This document shows positions 29,447-47,001 of a stretch of DNA of 64,000 bases, piece after piece. The notes beneath the pieces are model-generated. The model saw nothing but the letters and a program-made list of their open reading frames with translations, was not told the DNA's origin and did not search any database. The stretch lies in assembly GCA_951406725.2 (NCBI GenBank), contig OX597836.1, positions 37,200,001-37,264,000 of the forward strand, in the 5' to 3' direction. Numbering within the stretch: position 1 is the first letter of the stretch; each line of letters starts with the position of its first letter. Both the position numbers and the translations under genes were made by a program. Origin of the DNA: Octopus vulgaris (lineage: Eukaryota).

Positions 29447-29600
29447 TTATAAGCGATCACGGTGCAATGACTAAATAAAATAGTCTGATAACAGGAAATA
29501 TAACCCCTTAACAGAAAACCCTACTTTTTTCCGCTGAGGGCTTATTCGCTCTATTACTAGACTATTTTCTTTAGTCATTGCACGGTGGCCGCCTATAAGT
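29447..29600. repeat. Imperfect inverted repeat, ~38-bp arms
   Basis: CTTATAAGCGATCACGGTGCAATGACTAAATAAAATAGTC ... GACTATTTTCTTTAGTCATTGCACGGTGGCCGCCTATAAG. Confidence 0.75.
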
Positions 29601-29689
29601 TTGAAACCTATGAAATACAGACATACACGCCCCCCCCCACACACACACACACGCATCCTTCTCCCTAGCTCTCCTGTGTGACTCTTCTC

Positions 29690-29830
29690 TCCGGCATTCG
29701 TCAAGATAGATCGCTAGCCAATACAAGTTTTTATTTTCGCTCCTTGTTTCTTTCTGTGTTCCTTTCTGTGGAAGAGCGTAGGCTCGAAATGTTAAAGACT
29801 TTTTCATTTCCCGAGCTTTATACTAATACG
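29690..29830 (+). mobile_element. PLE-type terminus with CUGUGGA hammerhead variant (29762-29797)
   Basis: CTTT-CTGTGGA-A-GAGC(GTAG)GCTC-GAAA-TG-TT-AAAG. Confidence 0.7.
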
Positions 29831-30219
29831 TTATACTAATATATATATATATATATATATCTGTGTATGTGTGTATAACTACCATTAGTTTCATACTGAG
29901 ATAGATGACTCTCACCAATTATTCAAGTCTATCACGTGAGATGAACACCAAACACCAACATCCCATGCGACATATGAATAATTTCTGAGAGGTAATTCTC
30001 TCAATATGAAACCAATGGTAGTCTGAGTACACTACGAATATATAATATATATATATATATATATGTATCTGTGTGTGCGTGTGTGTGTGTGTGTCTGTGT
30101 GTCTGTGTGTCTGTGTGTGTGTGTGTCTGTGTGTCTGTGTGTGTGTCTGTGTGTGTGTGATTGTGAGTGTGTGTGTGTAAACCTAATAGTTTGCGTAAAA
30201 GAGAAAGAAAACTCAATAT

Positions 30220-30960
30220 CCCGTTCAATAATAAACCAGTTTTGAAAAATGAAAAATATATAAACTAGATTATCAATGGGATATAAGAGTTTACTTTAGC
30301 CCCAACCTCATCAGGCTCAAATAGATTACGGCCTCAAGACAGAGCCTGGCACACATGTAATTCACTGTGTTATTGGGAAAACCTTCCAACACCGCTTTAA
30401 TCTTGGCCACCACCGTGCCCTTCATGTTGCAAAAGTACTCCCACTCATAGTAATCCATGAGATTAAAATCAAGGGACTTAGGCGGCCAGAAATTTATGTT
30501 ATTGAAGCCGCAGAAATTCTCCGACAATTGCTTATGACACTCTCCGCAGGTATGACCAGGAACTGAAACTGCTGCCAGACGTATGGCTTTCCTGTAGCAA
30601 CATGCGCCAGCCAAGCCCTTCTTCAGAGGAATGTGTTGAACAGCGGCGTACGGTCGCGGTCAGCACAACTTCTATGTCCCTTTCTTCGGACCAGGTCTTC
30701 GTAGTCTCAGCTGTAGCTGCTCATCTCATGTTTTACGGACTTTACAGCTATTTTCAGAGCAGTGGGCAGTAGTCATGATTTCGGCATTTTGCTATTCGGT
30801 GGTAATCATCAGGGAAGAGCTAACTTGTTTCCAATATTCAGATGGCCTCCAATCAACCATGACAGCTAACTTTTTCTCGACTAGAAATTTAATCTTTGAC
30901 GTTTCACATGTAACTCGAACTGTTCCTGAAACAAAGAGGCACAAATTATTGTGCAGTTTA
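30220..30960 (-). mobile_element. Decayed Tc1/mariner-superfamily element (maT/DD37D-like)
   Basis: NFWPPKSLDFNLMDYYEW matches the WPPxSPDLNPxDY motif; boundaries uncertain. Confidence 0.7.
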
Positions 30961-30974
30961 GCTCAAACAACATT

Positions 30975-32869
<1,895 letters not shown>

Positions 32870-32888
32870 CTCTCTCTCTCTCTCTCTG

Positions 32889-32925
<37 letters not shown>

Positions 32926-33026
32926 ATAAATATATATATATATATATATATATTTATGTGTGTGTATGTTTGTGTGTGTATGTATGTATGTACGTACGTA
33001 TGTAAGTATGTATGTGTGTATGTATG

Positions 33027-33060
<34 letters not shown>

Positions 33061-33552
33061 TGTATGCATATGTACATTTTCAACAAGATGATAGAATGAT
33101 ATACATAAATTCCAATGTGTAGGCCGGTGACGCTTAAAAATCCAACAGGAAAGTATAACGCAGAGTGTTTCTGATATAGCGGTGTTGCCTTGGGTCTCTA
33201 TACGCACAACCTATCCAAGAACAGAGTGTAGAGAAGCTGGAGATAATTGAGGATAATGTATATATCGGTGAGCAAATCAAAACGCCAATGCTTTCGAGTG
33301 AATTCTATTATAACATTTGTGCAGTTTCCAGTTAGCAATGATGTCGCACTTCTATTGCTATCCATTAATGGACACAATGGAAGCCTATAGCCAGCCACAC
33401 TGCCTTATCAAGTACAAGAATAATATTCCGTTTTATAGAAACAAATATTTATCATTTCTTTTGCATTACACTTCATGCTAGATTAATAATCCTTTCTACC
33501 AACAGCACAAGGCCTGAAATTTGTGGGAAGCTGACTAGTCGATTTCATCAAC

Positions 33553-33621
<69 letters not shown>

Positions 33622-33623
33622 TG

Positions 33624-33659
<36 letters not shown>

Positions 33660-33662
<3 letters not shown>

Positions 33663-33892
33663 CACTTATGAACAAGAGCAAAATAAAAAAATTTTAATGC
33701 CAAATATGCCGAAACTAGACACATCGTCCATAACCATATAATTCATCACTATAAGCACGTGCTTATAGTTATATAAGCTTATAAGTTATGGACTTATAGT
33801 TATGGACTTATAGTTATGGACGATGTGTCTAGTTTCGGCATATTTTGGCATTAGAAATTTTTTCTTTTGCCCTTGTTTATAAATTGTTTATA
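33660..33892. repeat. (TA)n-adjacent inverted repeat, ~80-bp arms
   Basis: ATGCCGAAACTAGACACATCGTCCATAAC ... GTTATGGACGATGTGTCTAGTTTCGGCAT; spacer contains tandem TTATAGTTATGGAC. Confidence 0.85.
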
Positions 33893-34129
33893 AATTTTAC
33901 CTTTAAAAGTATTTTTTAATATACTGGCCATTGAGAAAAGTTCTTTCGAAAAATATTATCCTATATTATATATATATATGTGTGTGTCATATTGAATATG
34001 ATAACGTTAATCTTCACGATAAATATAACGACCAGTTTCAATGATTATATACAATTGTATACGTAACCACAATTCTTAAAATACAATTCTTAAAATACAA
34101 CACCCGAAGTAATACTTATAATGTATACC

Positions 34130-34356
34130 TATTTCTTTATTACCCACAAGGGGCTAAACACAGAGGGGACAAACAAGGACAGACATAGGTATTAAGTAGA
34201 TTACATCGACCCCAGTGCGTAACTGGTACTTAATTTATCGACCCCGAAACGATGAAAGGCAAAGTCGACCTCGGCGGAATTCGAACTCACAACGTAACGC
34301 AGACGAAATACCGCTAAGCATTTCGCCCAGCGTGCTAACGTTTCTGCCAGCTCGCC
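34130..34356 (-). mobile_element. SINE C, full-length solo copy with TSD
   Basis: CTTATAATGTATACC at 34115-34129 and 34356-34370. Confidence 0.93.
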
Positions 34357-35777
34357 TTATAATGTATACCACCGGATCTGTCCACTACTCGATTGATATT
34401 TCAATCAAACTTTTATCGATTATGGTAACCTCCATAAGTTATGTATCCTTTTGTATTAAATTCAAATTTAATCGATACGTACAAGGCTTTGAAGGTCACG
34501 GCAGATTAAACCGTTGTTAAATGCATTTACAATCAATACGATTACTTGGGGACTAGAAAATAATTGAAAGAATCGATTAGAATTTTAAATAATCCATTAA
34601 AATTTGAAAAATAATCGAAATCGTCTCAAAGAAAAGGCCTTGGCGTTAATGAAAATTCTCGTGAAATATGAGAAGGGATAGAACACCCAATTGATTACAG
34701 ACTTCATAAAGACTTTCAATGGGACTTATCTGTTTATCTGATTAGCTATCTCTTGAAATTATACTGATGTTAGCTGCTCATGGAAACAGCCTACACTCAG
34801 CCGATTTCTAAATACGACAGGGTTCATTCCTCATGACATCGAAAGTTCTGGAGCAAATCAGACTAAAAGCATCTTGACAGGAAGATTTTCTCAATGGCAG
34901 AACTTGATTCCTATCTCGGTTTGTCTATTCAGGTACCAATTTGCAATCCACCGATTGGTCGCAGTGAAGGCGCGTACCCATCAGCAATCAGTACTTGATG
35001 CAGAAGGGTGCTAACCAGCTTGATCTTTTTGTGTCCGATATCATAAAGATTACATCATCCATACATGAAGTCACAAATTTCTTGCTTCCCAAATCATGTG
35101 GAATGTACTTCAAAACCTCAAACTTATGTAGTAAAGTTCCCGGTGTCATAAGAGAAAAGAGACGTAAATAAGCCGAGTGTGGAGTACGAAAAACATAACT
35201 CTTTATTTAAAAAAAACTAACAGATCCCGCTTTACAAATCAGTAAACCAATCTCTGAAGAAATATGCAAAACCAGCTGTTCTAATGATACAACATGCTCC
35301 CCACCCCTAGATACAAGAAACGGATTCTATAGATTTTATACATACGACTACATGTTCTTCAATTATAATACACTAAATTTTAATCCTAAGACGTTTGCCA
35401 GCTGTTACTAAGCGGCCAGACAACGGGGAAGATATTTCTCCGTAGCTCCGTTTTTATGGTTTAGTTAGTGGTGAAAATGCAACGCTCATGACTCTTTACA
35501 GAGCTACGCAGAATGTCAGAAGGTAAGGGAATGAAAACGAATGGCTGCGAAATAGTAAACTGCTCTGAAATAATCTAAAGACAATATGGTAGTGTTTAAA
35601 CAAGTGACCCGTGCTCAATGGTCCAAACTAGATTGATTTATGGATAGATATAGATATATAGTGGTGATAATCTATATAGATAGGGAGCCATGCATGTATA
35701 TGTATATATTCACACACACATACACACACATGCGCACACCCCCATAAATATACATGCATGTATATATATATATATAT

Positions 35778-35933
35778 CACATTTTTTCTCTCCATGTTTT
35801 TCTGTGTCCCTTTCTGTAGAAGAGCGTAGGCTCGAAACGTAAAAGACTTTTCTATTCCTGAGCGTTATACTAATACATCTGTTTGTTTTGTACACCACCT
35901 GTCTTCAGTCTTTTGTATTTTTCGTGAAAATCT

Positions 35934-36013
<80 letters not shown>

Positions 36014-36160
36014 TTATTTTCTCTCCTTGTTTTTCTGTGTCCCTTTCTGTAGAAGAGCGTAGGCTCGAAACGTAAAAGACTTTTCTATTCCTGAGCGTTA
36101 TACTAATACATCTGTTTGTTTTGTACACCACCTGTCTCAGTCTTTTGTATTTTTCGTGAA

Positions 36161-36165
<5 letters not shown>
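35778..36165 (+). mobile_element. Two direct copies of a ~155-bp PLE-type terminus, each with a CUGUAGA hammerhead (35810-35845, 36043-36078)
   Basis: CTTT-CTGTAGA-A-GAGC(GTAG)GCTC-GAAA-CG-TA-AAAG twice, separated by (TA)n. Confidence 0.82.
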
Positions 36166-36196
<31 letters not shown>

Positions 36197-36970
36197 CACC
36201 AACTGAGTTTGTATTGACTGGGTCATATGTCATGCAAGTAGTTTCTAGCGACAAGCCATATTTGCATATGCACACACATGTATGTTTGGTTTGTGCATGA
36301 CAGAGAATATGTGTGTGTCTGTGAGCGTGTGTGTGTTCCTGTGTGTGTATTTCAATCAAATTTAGTTATTTAGCCAGGGAACATGTACAGGCTATTTAAA
36401 GTGTATGGGATTTAAGCCCTATATGCTATTCAGTCGGATGCACCTTCTCCATCATCTCATCTTCTGAAAGGATTTTGTACCTTGTTGATTAGTACCAGAT
36501 CCACTTAGCCGAATACTTTCATGATGAGAGATGTTCCAGCCTCGGCTATTTTGACTTTTGTTTAATGTAGCATAAATGGGGCTGCATTATGAAATGAGAT
36601 TCTGCCTTTTTGTGAATGTTACTATGGTTTGTTGAAGAATTCTCTACTTGTAGCGGGTAGGCACCCTTGTTTATCATTTGTTTTTGCATTATTATGAGGT
36701 GACAGACTTAAGGCTGACATAAGTCGTCACAAAACTTAGGGTCATCGTATGGAACAATTTTAATCATTTGAATTGATTGTAAATGCAACGGAAAAACAAT
36801 TCAACAGAGAATTTGAATCTTGAAGGCGGTGCCACAAAATAAATGCTATGCAGTATATAGTTACATCATTTTACAGTCTCATTTCATAATTTGAACTGAA
36901 AATATAAGAAAATTTTGCCTCGTGATCAATTAAATTAATTATCAGTCAGTTGTTGTTTCCATCTAAGACA

Positions 36971-37360
36971 TACTTGTACTTACTTGTACTTGTGGCGACA
37001 TTCACCCTGGGCGGGTTGAGTCGGCTTCTCGAACCATGGCAGCCCACGCATGACGGTCCTGCGCCAGTTCACTGGTGATAGCGAGCCAGTCGCTGTTCCA
37101 TTGGCGCACGCCGACAACCTGCGGACCCGTGAGCACGGAGAGGTCCTCCTTGATCGTCGTAACCCAGGTCTTCAGCTGCCCGCCCGCGCGTTTCCGCCAG
37201 TTGGGAAGTGGAGTTAGGAGAAGGACATCACGGCTCAGTTCACCCACCGGACGCCTACATGCATGGCCAAACCACCGAAAGTGCTGTTGCAGAAGGACAG
37301 ATTGAAGGGGCCGCAGAGACAGGCGAAGTCGGAGATTGACGGTGGGAACTCGATCATGTC
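36971..37360 (-). mobile_element. RTE-clade LINE, 5'-truncated 3' end
   Basis: FRWFGHACRR...WRKRAGGQLKTW...LAQDRHAWAAMVR is a typical RTE C-terminus; (CAAGTA)n-type tail; GC-rich versus flanks. Confidence 0.9.
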
Positions 37361-38305
37361 TGATAAAGGTAAGATAAAATAGATTCAACTCTTGACCTTC
37401 ACATTTTATTTTCATGGATTCATTGCCCCATGCATCCTACAAATTTTATGATGGTTGTGTGTTTAATTCAGTGAGATCGATCCGATATTTCTGGTAGTTG
37501 TTGCACCCGAGGCACACCTCCCACCCCGCGTCATCAAATCGTGGGATAGATATCAGCGACTGCACCACCCTTGTTCACCCGTGTGACCTTGCGTCTGTGT
37601 TTGAAAACATTACATTATTTAGATAAGAGAGAGAATATGCTGTATCAAAATAATCAATCGCAAATAAATCACATACTAAATATCAATTTCTTACATATCA
37701 ACGAATGTATAGATTTCACTCAACGCGATATTTGTTTCCTTATCACACGGAATTGCAGAGAAAAAAATGGTTAGCAACACAAACTCCAATTTCAAGCTCT
37801 TAATGATAAATTATTTTCTCCATCACCAATAAAATTCAAAGTTACCAATCCATTTACAAATATATACGGAGAAACATAAAAAAAATATTTCACTCGGATG
37901 AAAGGTTATCTTGAAAAATATAGCAAAGTCACATCGAAATAACCTGACTGCTATTATTCATTTAAATCTATTGTTAGATATAATATCTTGAATGAAATAT
38001 GTGTTTGCTGTATCACTGCGTGACGCTTCATGTCTTATGATTTAATAATCTTTAAGATTCGAGACCGTAAATCATAGCTATTGAAACTGCAGTCATCAGT
38101 CACTGGAATAAAACTGTGGCTTATTTTGACACATATATACAAAACATGCTTACAATCAGAAATATTTTTTTCTGGCAAAGTATATGTTAGTTGATACAAC
38201 TGAGATGACCTATGTAGGATCATCCTACGATAGAAGTTGCCGGACATTAATGCGAAATAACTTGTCAGAAGAAAAAAAACGATCAAGAAGCTAATGTTGG
38301 TATAC

Positions 38306-38339
<34 letters not shown>

Positions 38340-38356
38340 ATGCATGTATATATATA

Positions 38357-38412
<56 letters not shown>

Positions 38413-38469
38413 ATGTTTTATGATATATAAGAATAACATATATATATGTGTCTTATTATATATAAGAAT

Positions 38470-38502
<33 letters not shown>

Positions 38503-38511
<9 letters not shown>

Positions 38512-38713
38512 AATTAAGGACTGAACACGAAAAGTGGACAGTCAACATGCTAGATATAGACGTCAAATCGCCATTCTCCACAAAAGATTATGTTCTCAAA
38601 TCAAACTGAGTTTCATTTGAGAATATAATCTTTTGTGGAGAATGGCGATTTGACGACTATATCTAGAATGTTGACTGTCCACTTTTCGTGTTCAGTCCTT
38701 AATTGGTATATAT
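38503..38713. repeat. Near-perfect ~210-bp palindrome in (TA)n
   Basis: TACCAATTAAGGACTGAACACGAAAAGTGG...CCACTTTTCGTGTTCAGTCCTTAATTGGTA, ~100-bp arms with almost no spacer. Confidence 0.92.
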
Positions 38714-38791
38714 AAATATTTTAATCTTCGGATTCTTTTTTAATATGCTAGACCACTGGTTTTAATTGATAAATATCAATTTCTACCCTTA

Positions 38792-38834
<43 letters not shown>

Positions 38835-38889
38835 TATATATTCCAACATTAGCTTCTGCATAGTCGTTTTCTAACAAGATATTTCAAGT

Positions 38890-38983
<94 letters not shown>

Positions 38984-39068
38984 TCTGTGTCTGTGTGTAC
39001 CTTCATTCGCTTCTTGAGAGGTTTTGCTGAAAATTTATATCATATTAATGTATATGTATATCTATATA

Positions 39069-39093
39069 TTCTTGCAAACCAGTTCCAAAAGCG

Positions 39094-39171
<78 letters not shown>

Positions 39172-39193
39172 TTGCAAACCAATTCCAAAAACG

Positions 39194-39231
<38 letters not shown>

Positions 39232-39305
39232 TTGCAAACCAATTCCAAAAACGAAATATACATATATATATATATTCTTGCAAACCAATTCCAAAAACGG
39301 AATAT
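39069..39305. repeat. Four copies of a 28-bp unit separated by variable (TA)n
   Basis: TTCTTGCAAACCARTTCCAAAARCGRAA at 39069, 39169, 39229 and 39275. Confidence 0.9.
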
Positions 39306-39311
39306 ATATAT

Positions 39312-39585
39312 ATAGGGTAATTCAAAAAGTATGAACCGATTTCATTACGCAATATTTTAATATGGAAAACCAGCAGGAAACTCCAGCTAAGTCGCAAGTA
39401 TTTACTCACAATCAACTTTTATTTCTTGTCTTACAAGTATTCAATGTGACGGCCACCTACAGCAAAATCAATGCGATAAGAGAGTCCCTCCCTGATGCGT
39501 ATAAGCATATCACGATCCACTGAGTTGATCGCTGTTGTTATTCAATGTCAAGGGTCATCGAGTTTAGTGGGTAGCGGTGGAACAT
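39312..39585 (-). mobile_element. Tc1/mariner-superfamily 3' end fragment
   Basis: TIR-like TATAGGGTAATTCAAAAAG; minus-strand remnant VPPLPTKLDD...ITTAINSVDRDML...YRID...GGRHIEYL*. Confidence 0.7.
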
Positions 39586-40104
39586 CCACTCACAAGCCTT
39601 TGGTCGGCCCGAGGCTAAAGTACAAGACAATTACCCAAGGTGCTACACAGTGAGTCTGAACCCGGAACCATGTAGTTGGTAAGCAAGCTACTTACCACAC
39701 CGCCACGCATATAAATATATATATATATATATATAATAATATGTTACATTAACTCAATAGTCAAGATAAAACTCTGAGTTTCAGATGCCGAAGTGGAAAT
39801 CCACAACACAATCTCTTCGGTTATCTGGCCATCTGAAACTCAGAGTTTTATCTTGACTATTGAGTAAATGTAACATATTATTTTATAGATAAATTTCCTC
39901 TATTTACATAATATTGAGGTCTCTTTCTTTTGCTATCTTACCCTTTTTTAGCAATATATATATATATATATATATATGACGGCTTCCGTGAACCTAATAA
40001 GACCGGGTTATAATAGGAGGCCCTCGCCCAAGGTACTACGCGGTGGGACTGAACCTGGAAGAATACCGTTGAGAAGAGAACTTCTTACCACACGGCCACG
40101 CCTG
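39586..40104 (-). mobile_element. Two SINE A head fragments (39586-39708 and 39977-40104)
   Basis: CCCAAGGT...GAACC...CTTACCACAC in both. Confidence 0.75.
39735..39950. mobile_element. PLE-type terminus: inverted repeat with CCGAAGA hammerhead-like motif (39765-39825, minus)
   Basis: Arms 39735-39786 and 39830-39882; GATAA-CCGAAGA-GATTG...CATCT-GAAA-CTCAGAG-TT-TTATC (stem II imperfect). Confidence 0.7.
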
Positions 40105-40934
40105 TGCACAAGCACAGACACACACACATACACACACTCACACACACAAATACTATATAAGATATGATAAGGCATATCCTGTGAGCCTTGAACTGGAGAC
40201 TTTCCTGAAATGCGTTAACGACAAACAACGGTTTGGTGTAATGTTGTTTGAAAAATTCGATAAATTTTACATACTTCGTGTTTTTACTTCTTCTCTTTTC
40301 GCAAACAGGGATGGGTAATTCAATAATAAATATTTATTCTTTGCTTGTTACCGTTATACAATGTATATTAATATTTTCTCGACAATCATTGTATATCGAA
40401 CACATTTTAACTGTTACCTCTTAAACAACTTAGAAATGAGAGCCTACTATACTTCACATATTTGTTTTTCCATCAGACGATGTATTTACTTCTTACCAAT
40501 CTAGTGTGTTTTGTATTCTATTTCTAAATCCAATATTCGTTGCATAACTAGAAATATATTTGCATTTTATTAGCATAAAATAGATATCATCCATTGAATT
40601 TGGATTTGCAACAATGCTCAAAATGGTTGGCAGTTTCCTATAATCTTGACATATTCAGAATGTCATACTTTCCTCTTTCTCATATTAAACACATATGGAA
40701 ATTTCACTACCCCTACTTGGAAAAGCTGAATTTAATAATAATCATAATAATAATAATAATCATAATAATGATAATAATAATAATAAAAATAATGTTAATA
40801 ATAATAATAATAATAATGATAATAATAATAATAATAATAACAACAATAATAGTAATAACAACAATAACAACAACAACAACAACAACAATAACAACAACAA
40901 CAACAACAATAATAATAATAATAACAATAATAAA

Positions 40935-42800
<1,866 letters not shown>

Positions 42801-43065
42801 CAACAACAACACACACACACTAGTTTAGTTTAAATATCGTCAGACTCTAGTGCTGGAGAGCACATAACCCTTCTTGACACCGGAAGGAGAAATGCATTTG
42901 AGGTTTAGCTAGGGTGAGTTATCTCCCTTAGGCCAATTCCGATGGCAAACCTTATGGACTTAAGGGATGAACAAGGAATCTCTGCTCTTCGGTATTTTCC
43001 AGTTTGTTAAGACTGTGTTTATGTGTATAAAGCAACCCTTCGCCATATTGATGGTCACCTATCGC

Positions 43066-44025
43066 ACACTCAGTACATCGCAGATTTTTCTAGCTATTAT
43101 ATATAAATTTATATCGCGGACTCCTCAGTATGTCGCAGGTTTCTGCGGCCGATAGGTATTTAAATTACTTTTTGGTGGGGTTTTAACTATTTCCATTAGA
43201 GGTTTTGGAACGTAACGTCCGTGACAGTCGGGGGAACTATTAAATATGCGTATGTTTGTGTATTTGTGTGTGTGTCTCTGAGTGTCTGTGTGTCTGTGTG
43301 CGTCTGTGTATGTGTGTGTCTACAGATAGACATATAATATAGATAGATAGATACGAAATGAAAAACAAAGTAGTAGTTCAAGACTTGTTAACTAGTTTAA
43401 CCCTTTTCTTTTATCCGCTTTCTTTGAAGAACAAAGAAATATTCCATTCAATACGAAATTTGAAGAAAATCAACCACTTCCTACCACCTCCAGGACACGC
43501 CCTTCCTCTCTTTTACCTTTAATTTATTTTTCAACTTGAGCCACACAGTAAAATCGTTAAAGAATTCTATATGCTTTTCCAACAACAATTGACTTGAACA
43601 CAATCAATCAACTTTAAGAATGCCTAGTTCCAAGTTTACCAAAATATTTGCAGTTGTTTATTTTAATTATTTGTCTACATTTTTTTTTCTTTTTTGCATT
43701 TATATTACAATGGTGAACAAACAAAGCAAAACTCCAATGTTTGCCTATAGACAATAATGGTTTGGCGTATAATCAGTACATTAATCTTTCTATTTTAATT
43801 ATAGCTGTCTGCAGAATCAGCTTAATGTTCGTTATATTGGTGATATTTTTTGCTAGCGTACGATTTCTTATTTAAAATTTTTTTTTTTCATTTATCACGT
43901 CCCGTATGGAGACATCAAAGAATTCTCTTTTACAACTTATTAGAATCCGATTAACGCCCAACTGCCCCTGCATGTCCATATATACAAATATATACATACA
44001 TACATACACATACATACATTCATAC

Positions 44026-44067
<42 letters not shown>

Positions 44068-44256
44068 TATATTAATATATATATGTATATACATGTATAT
44101 ATTAATATATATATACATGTATGTGTGTAAAAATGTATATATATATATATATTATTTTATATTATATTTATGTACGCAGAAACCTGCGACATACTAAGGA
44201 GTCCGCGATATAAATTTACATATAGTAGCCAGAAAAATCTGTCTTGTACTGAGTGT
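43066..44256. repeat. ~80-bp inverted repeats 1.03 kb apart
   Basis: 43066-43147 is the reverse complement of 44175-44256. Confidence 0.85.
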
Positions 44257-44701
44257 TGATATATATGATGTTGATATATATATATATACACATATATATG
44301 CATATATGTATCTATGTGTGCATAAGACATATGTACTTAAAACATGTATGTAGAAGTATAAATGTATGGGTGTGTATTGTGCGTGTGTTTGTGCGAGTGT
44401 GCGCGTGAGTTTGTATATGAATTTGTTTGTGCATAGGTTAATTGGATTCGTTGGTATGTACGAAGGTTAGTATACTGATATTAAATTCGGACTAACTGAA
44501 GAAGAATATTTCCAAACTAATCTTCAAAAAATAATAAAGCAAAAGTTACTAACGGGAAATCATAAGCCTTCCTAGTGATTGAGTATATAATTACTAGAGT
44601 GTATTAGTAGTTGAAGAAACTTCATCGGCTAAGTACTGAGAGAAAAAAAAATTCATATAGATGGATGGATGGATGGATGGATGAATGGATGGATAGATAG
44701 A

Positions 44702-44881
<180 letters not shown>

Positions 44882-44887
44882 GATACG

Positions 44888-44927
<40 letters not shown>

Positions 44928-44976
44928 TAGATAAAGGCAGACAGACATACAGACAAATAGATAGATAGATAGATAT

Positions 44977-45026
<50 letters not shown>

Positions 45027-45149
45027 CTGAGAAAACTATTGGATGATCCCCACTTCACTGCGTCATATAGCAGAGGCGGTTCTAAGCCAGTTAAGGTGAT
45101 TGCAAGAATTCATGGTCTTCGTCGTTTTGATAGTGCCATACTAGTATCT

Positions 45150-45400
45150 GCCCTCAACCAACGCATTGTTTGTTAGGCAGTAGTTGGAGACGAATACAGA
45201 TTCAAACACACACAAACGCATGCAGACACACACGCATACACACACGCATGCAGAGACACACGTAGACACGAGGGCTTCTTTCAGTTTCCATCTACCAATT
45301 CCACTCACAAATTTTTGATCGGCTTGACGCTTCGGTAGAAGACGCTTGCCCAAGGTTCCACGCAGTTGGACAAAAAACCGGAACTAAGTAGTTATGACCA
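45150..45400 (-). mobile_element. SINE A, diverged
   Basis: GGGCTTCTTTCAGTTTCCATCTACCAA...CTTGCCCAAGG. Confidence 0.75.
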
Positions 45401-45409
45401 TTCCGAAAT

Positions 45410-45461
<52 letters not shown>

Positions 45462-45506
45462 AATACAATATATATATAAATACAACAATATATATATATA
45501 TGTATT

Positions 45507-45549
<43 letters not shown>

Positions 45550-45631
45550 GTTTTGGGATTTGGTTCGCAAGATTATTACATATACAGAAACATACACGGA
45601 CACACACAGACAAAAATACACACGCATGTGA

Positions 45632-45681
<50 letters not shown>

Positions 45682-45705
45682 GTGTGTGTGTGAGTGTATA
45701 TATAA

Positions 45706-45778
<73 letters not shown>

Positions 45779-46537
45779 TTTACAGGCATATAAATACATC
45801 TATTTACACATCATTACGCACATACTATGTAAACATACATGGCGCACACAAAAATAGAGGCATGTTGGTATCTTTGTATTTGTGTATGATTCTGCCTGTC
45901 TCTGTCTATATGTGTGTGCCTCTCTGTATGAGTATGTGTCTTTGAGCATTGATTGTATGTGTGGTAATATTTATCGAAGTTTTGTTTGTTGTTGACATAT
46001 ACTAAATATGCTAAGCTGTATATTTAATACCAGTCTAATACATTTATCATAATATTTATGCTATACGTCTTTTATTACTTGCCAGTATGGAACCATTGGC
46101 AAACCTTGAAATTGGGTGCAATATATTATACGAACGAATAAATGACTAATAGACGACGTCAGCGGAATAAGATATTTGTCGTCTTAATGGAAATATGTCC
46201 ACCCATAAAGTATATGCTTTCTTTAAACATATTCACGCATATACACCCACACTTATGGAACCTACTAAGAACGATTTCAGAGCACCATTCTTTTCAACAG
46301 CATACACAAAACGTATCTTTTAGTATACAGCAAAATTTGTGATCGACTTTCAAGCCTTGTGGAATACCATCAATTTCTGTATCTGTATCTTGCTGTCTTT
46401 GTGTGTTTTACGGCGGGTGTGCATCTTGCTCTGTGTATGTGTGTGTGTGTTTACCCTTTAAACTTTATTCTTTAAACAGTTCTTAACCTGAATGATGACT
46501 ATTTTGATTTAGTAATAGTTTTACTAGGTGTGACTGC

Positions 46538-46600
<63 letters not shown>

Positions 46601-46699
46601 TATTTATTCCACACCAAGTGGCCTATGCTACGAAAACCTGGATTATTATAATATTTTATAACATATTATAATATTTTCACAAAATAAATATAATCCTAT

Positions 46700-46905
46700 A
46701 TTTAATACAAGCATGAAAACACAATAAGAAAACACAACAACCCGAGGACGTGGAACAAGTATACTGTTATTGGACGCTCAGGAAAGGAAACAAAGAAGGA
46801 GGATTTAACGTTTCGAGCGGAGCTCTTCGTCAGAAACATAGGAAAAGGAAAGATCCAAGGAAGGGAAGACGGAGGAAAGAATCGCCAACGGTACACACGC
46901 GGTCG
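46700..46905 (-). mobile_element. PLE-type terminus with canonical-core hammerhead (46803-46837)
   Basis: TTT-CTGACGA-A-GAGC(TCC)GCTC-GAAA-CG-TT-AAA. Confidence 0.8.
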
Positions 46906-46910
46906 AAGGT

Positions 46911-46996
<86 letters not shown>

Positions 46997-47001
<5 letters not shown>

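Noticed and set aside
35127-35500. Possible solo LTR (TGT...ACA with a reverse AATAAA)
   Set aside because: No TSD and no second copy in the window to define it.
39069-39305. CRISPR-like 28-bp direct repeats
   Set aside because: Spacers are pure (TA)n of variable length, context is eukaryotic and there are no cas genes.
44175-44210. Permuted hammerhead (GAAAC...CT(G/A)AGGA) in the 43066/44175 inverted repeat
   Set aside because: No NUH triplet and no stem I between the two core halves.
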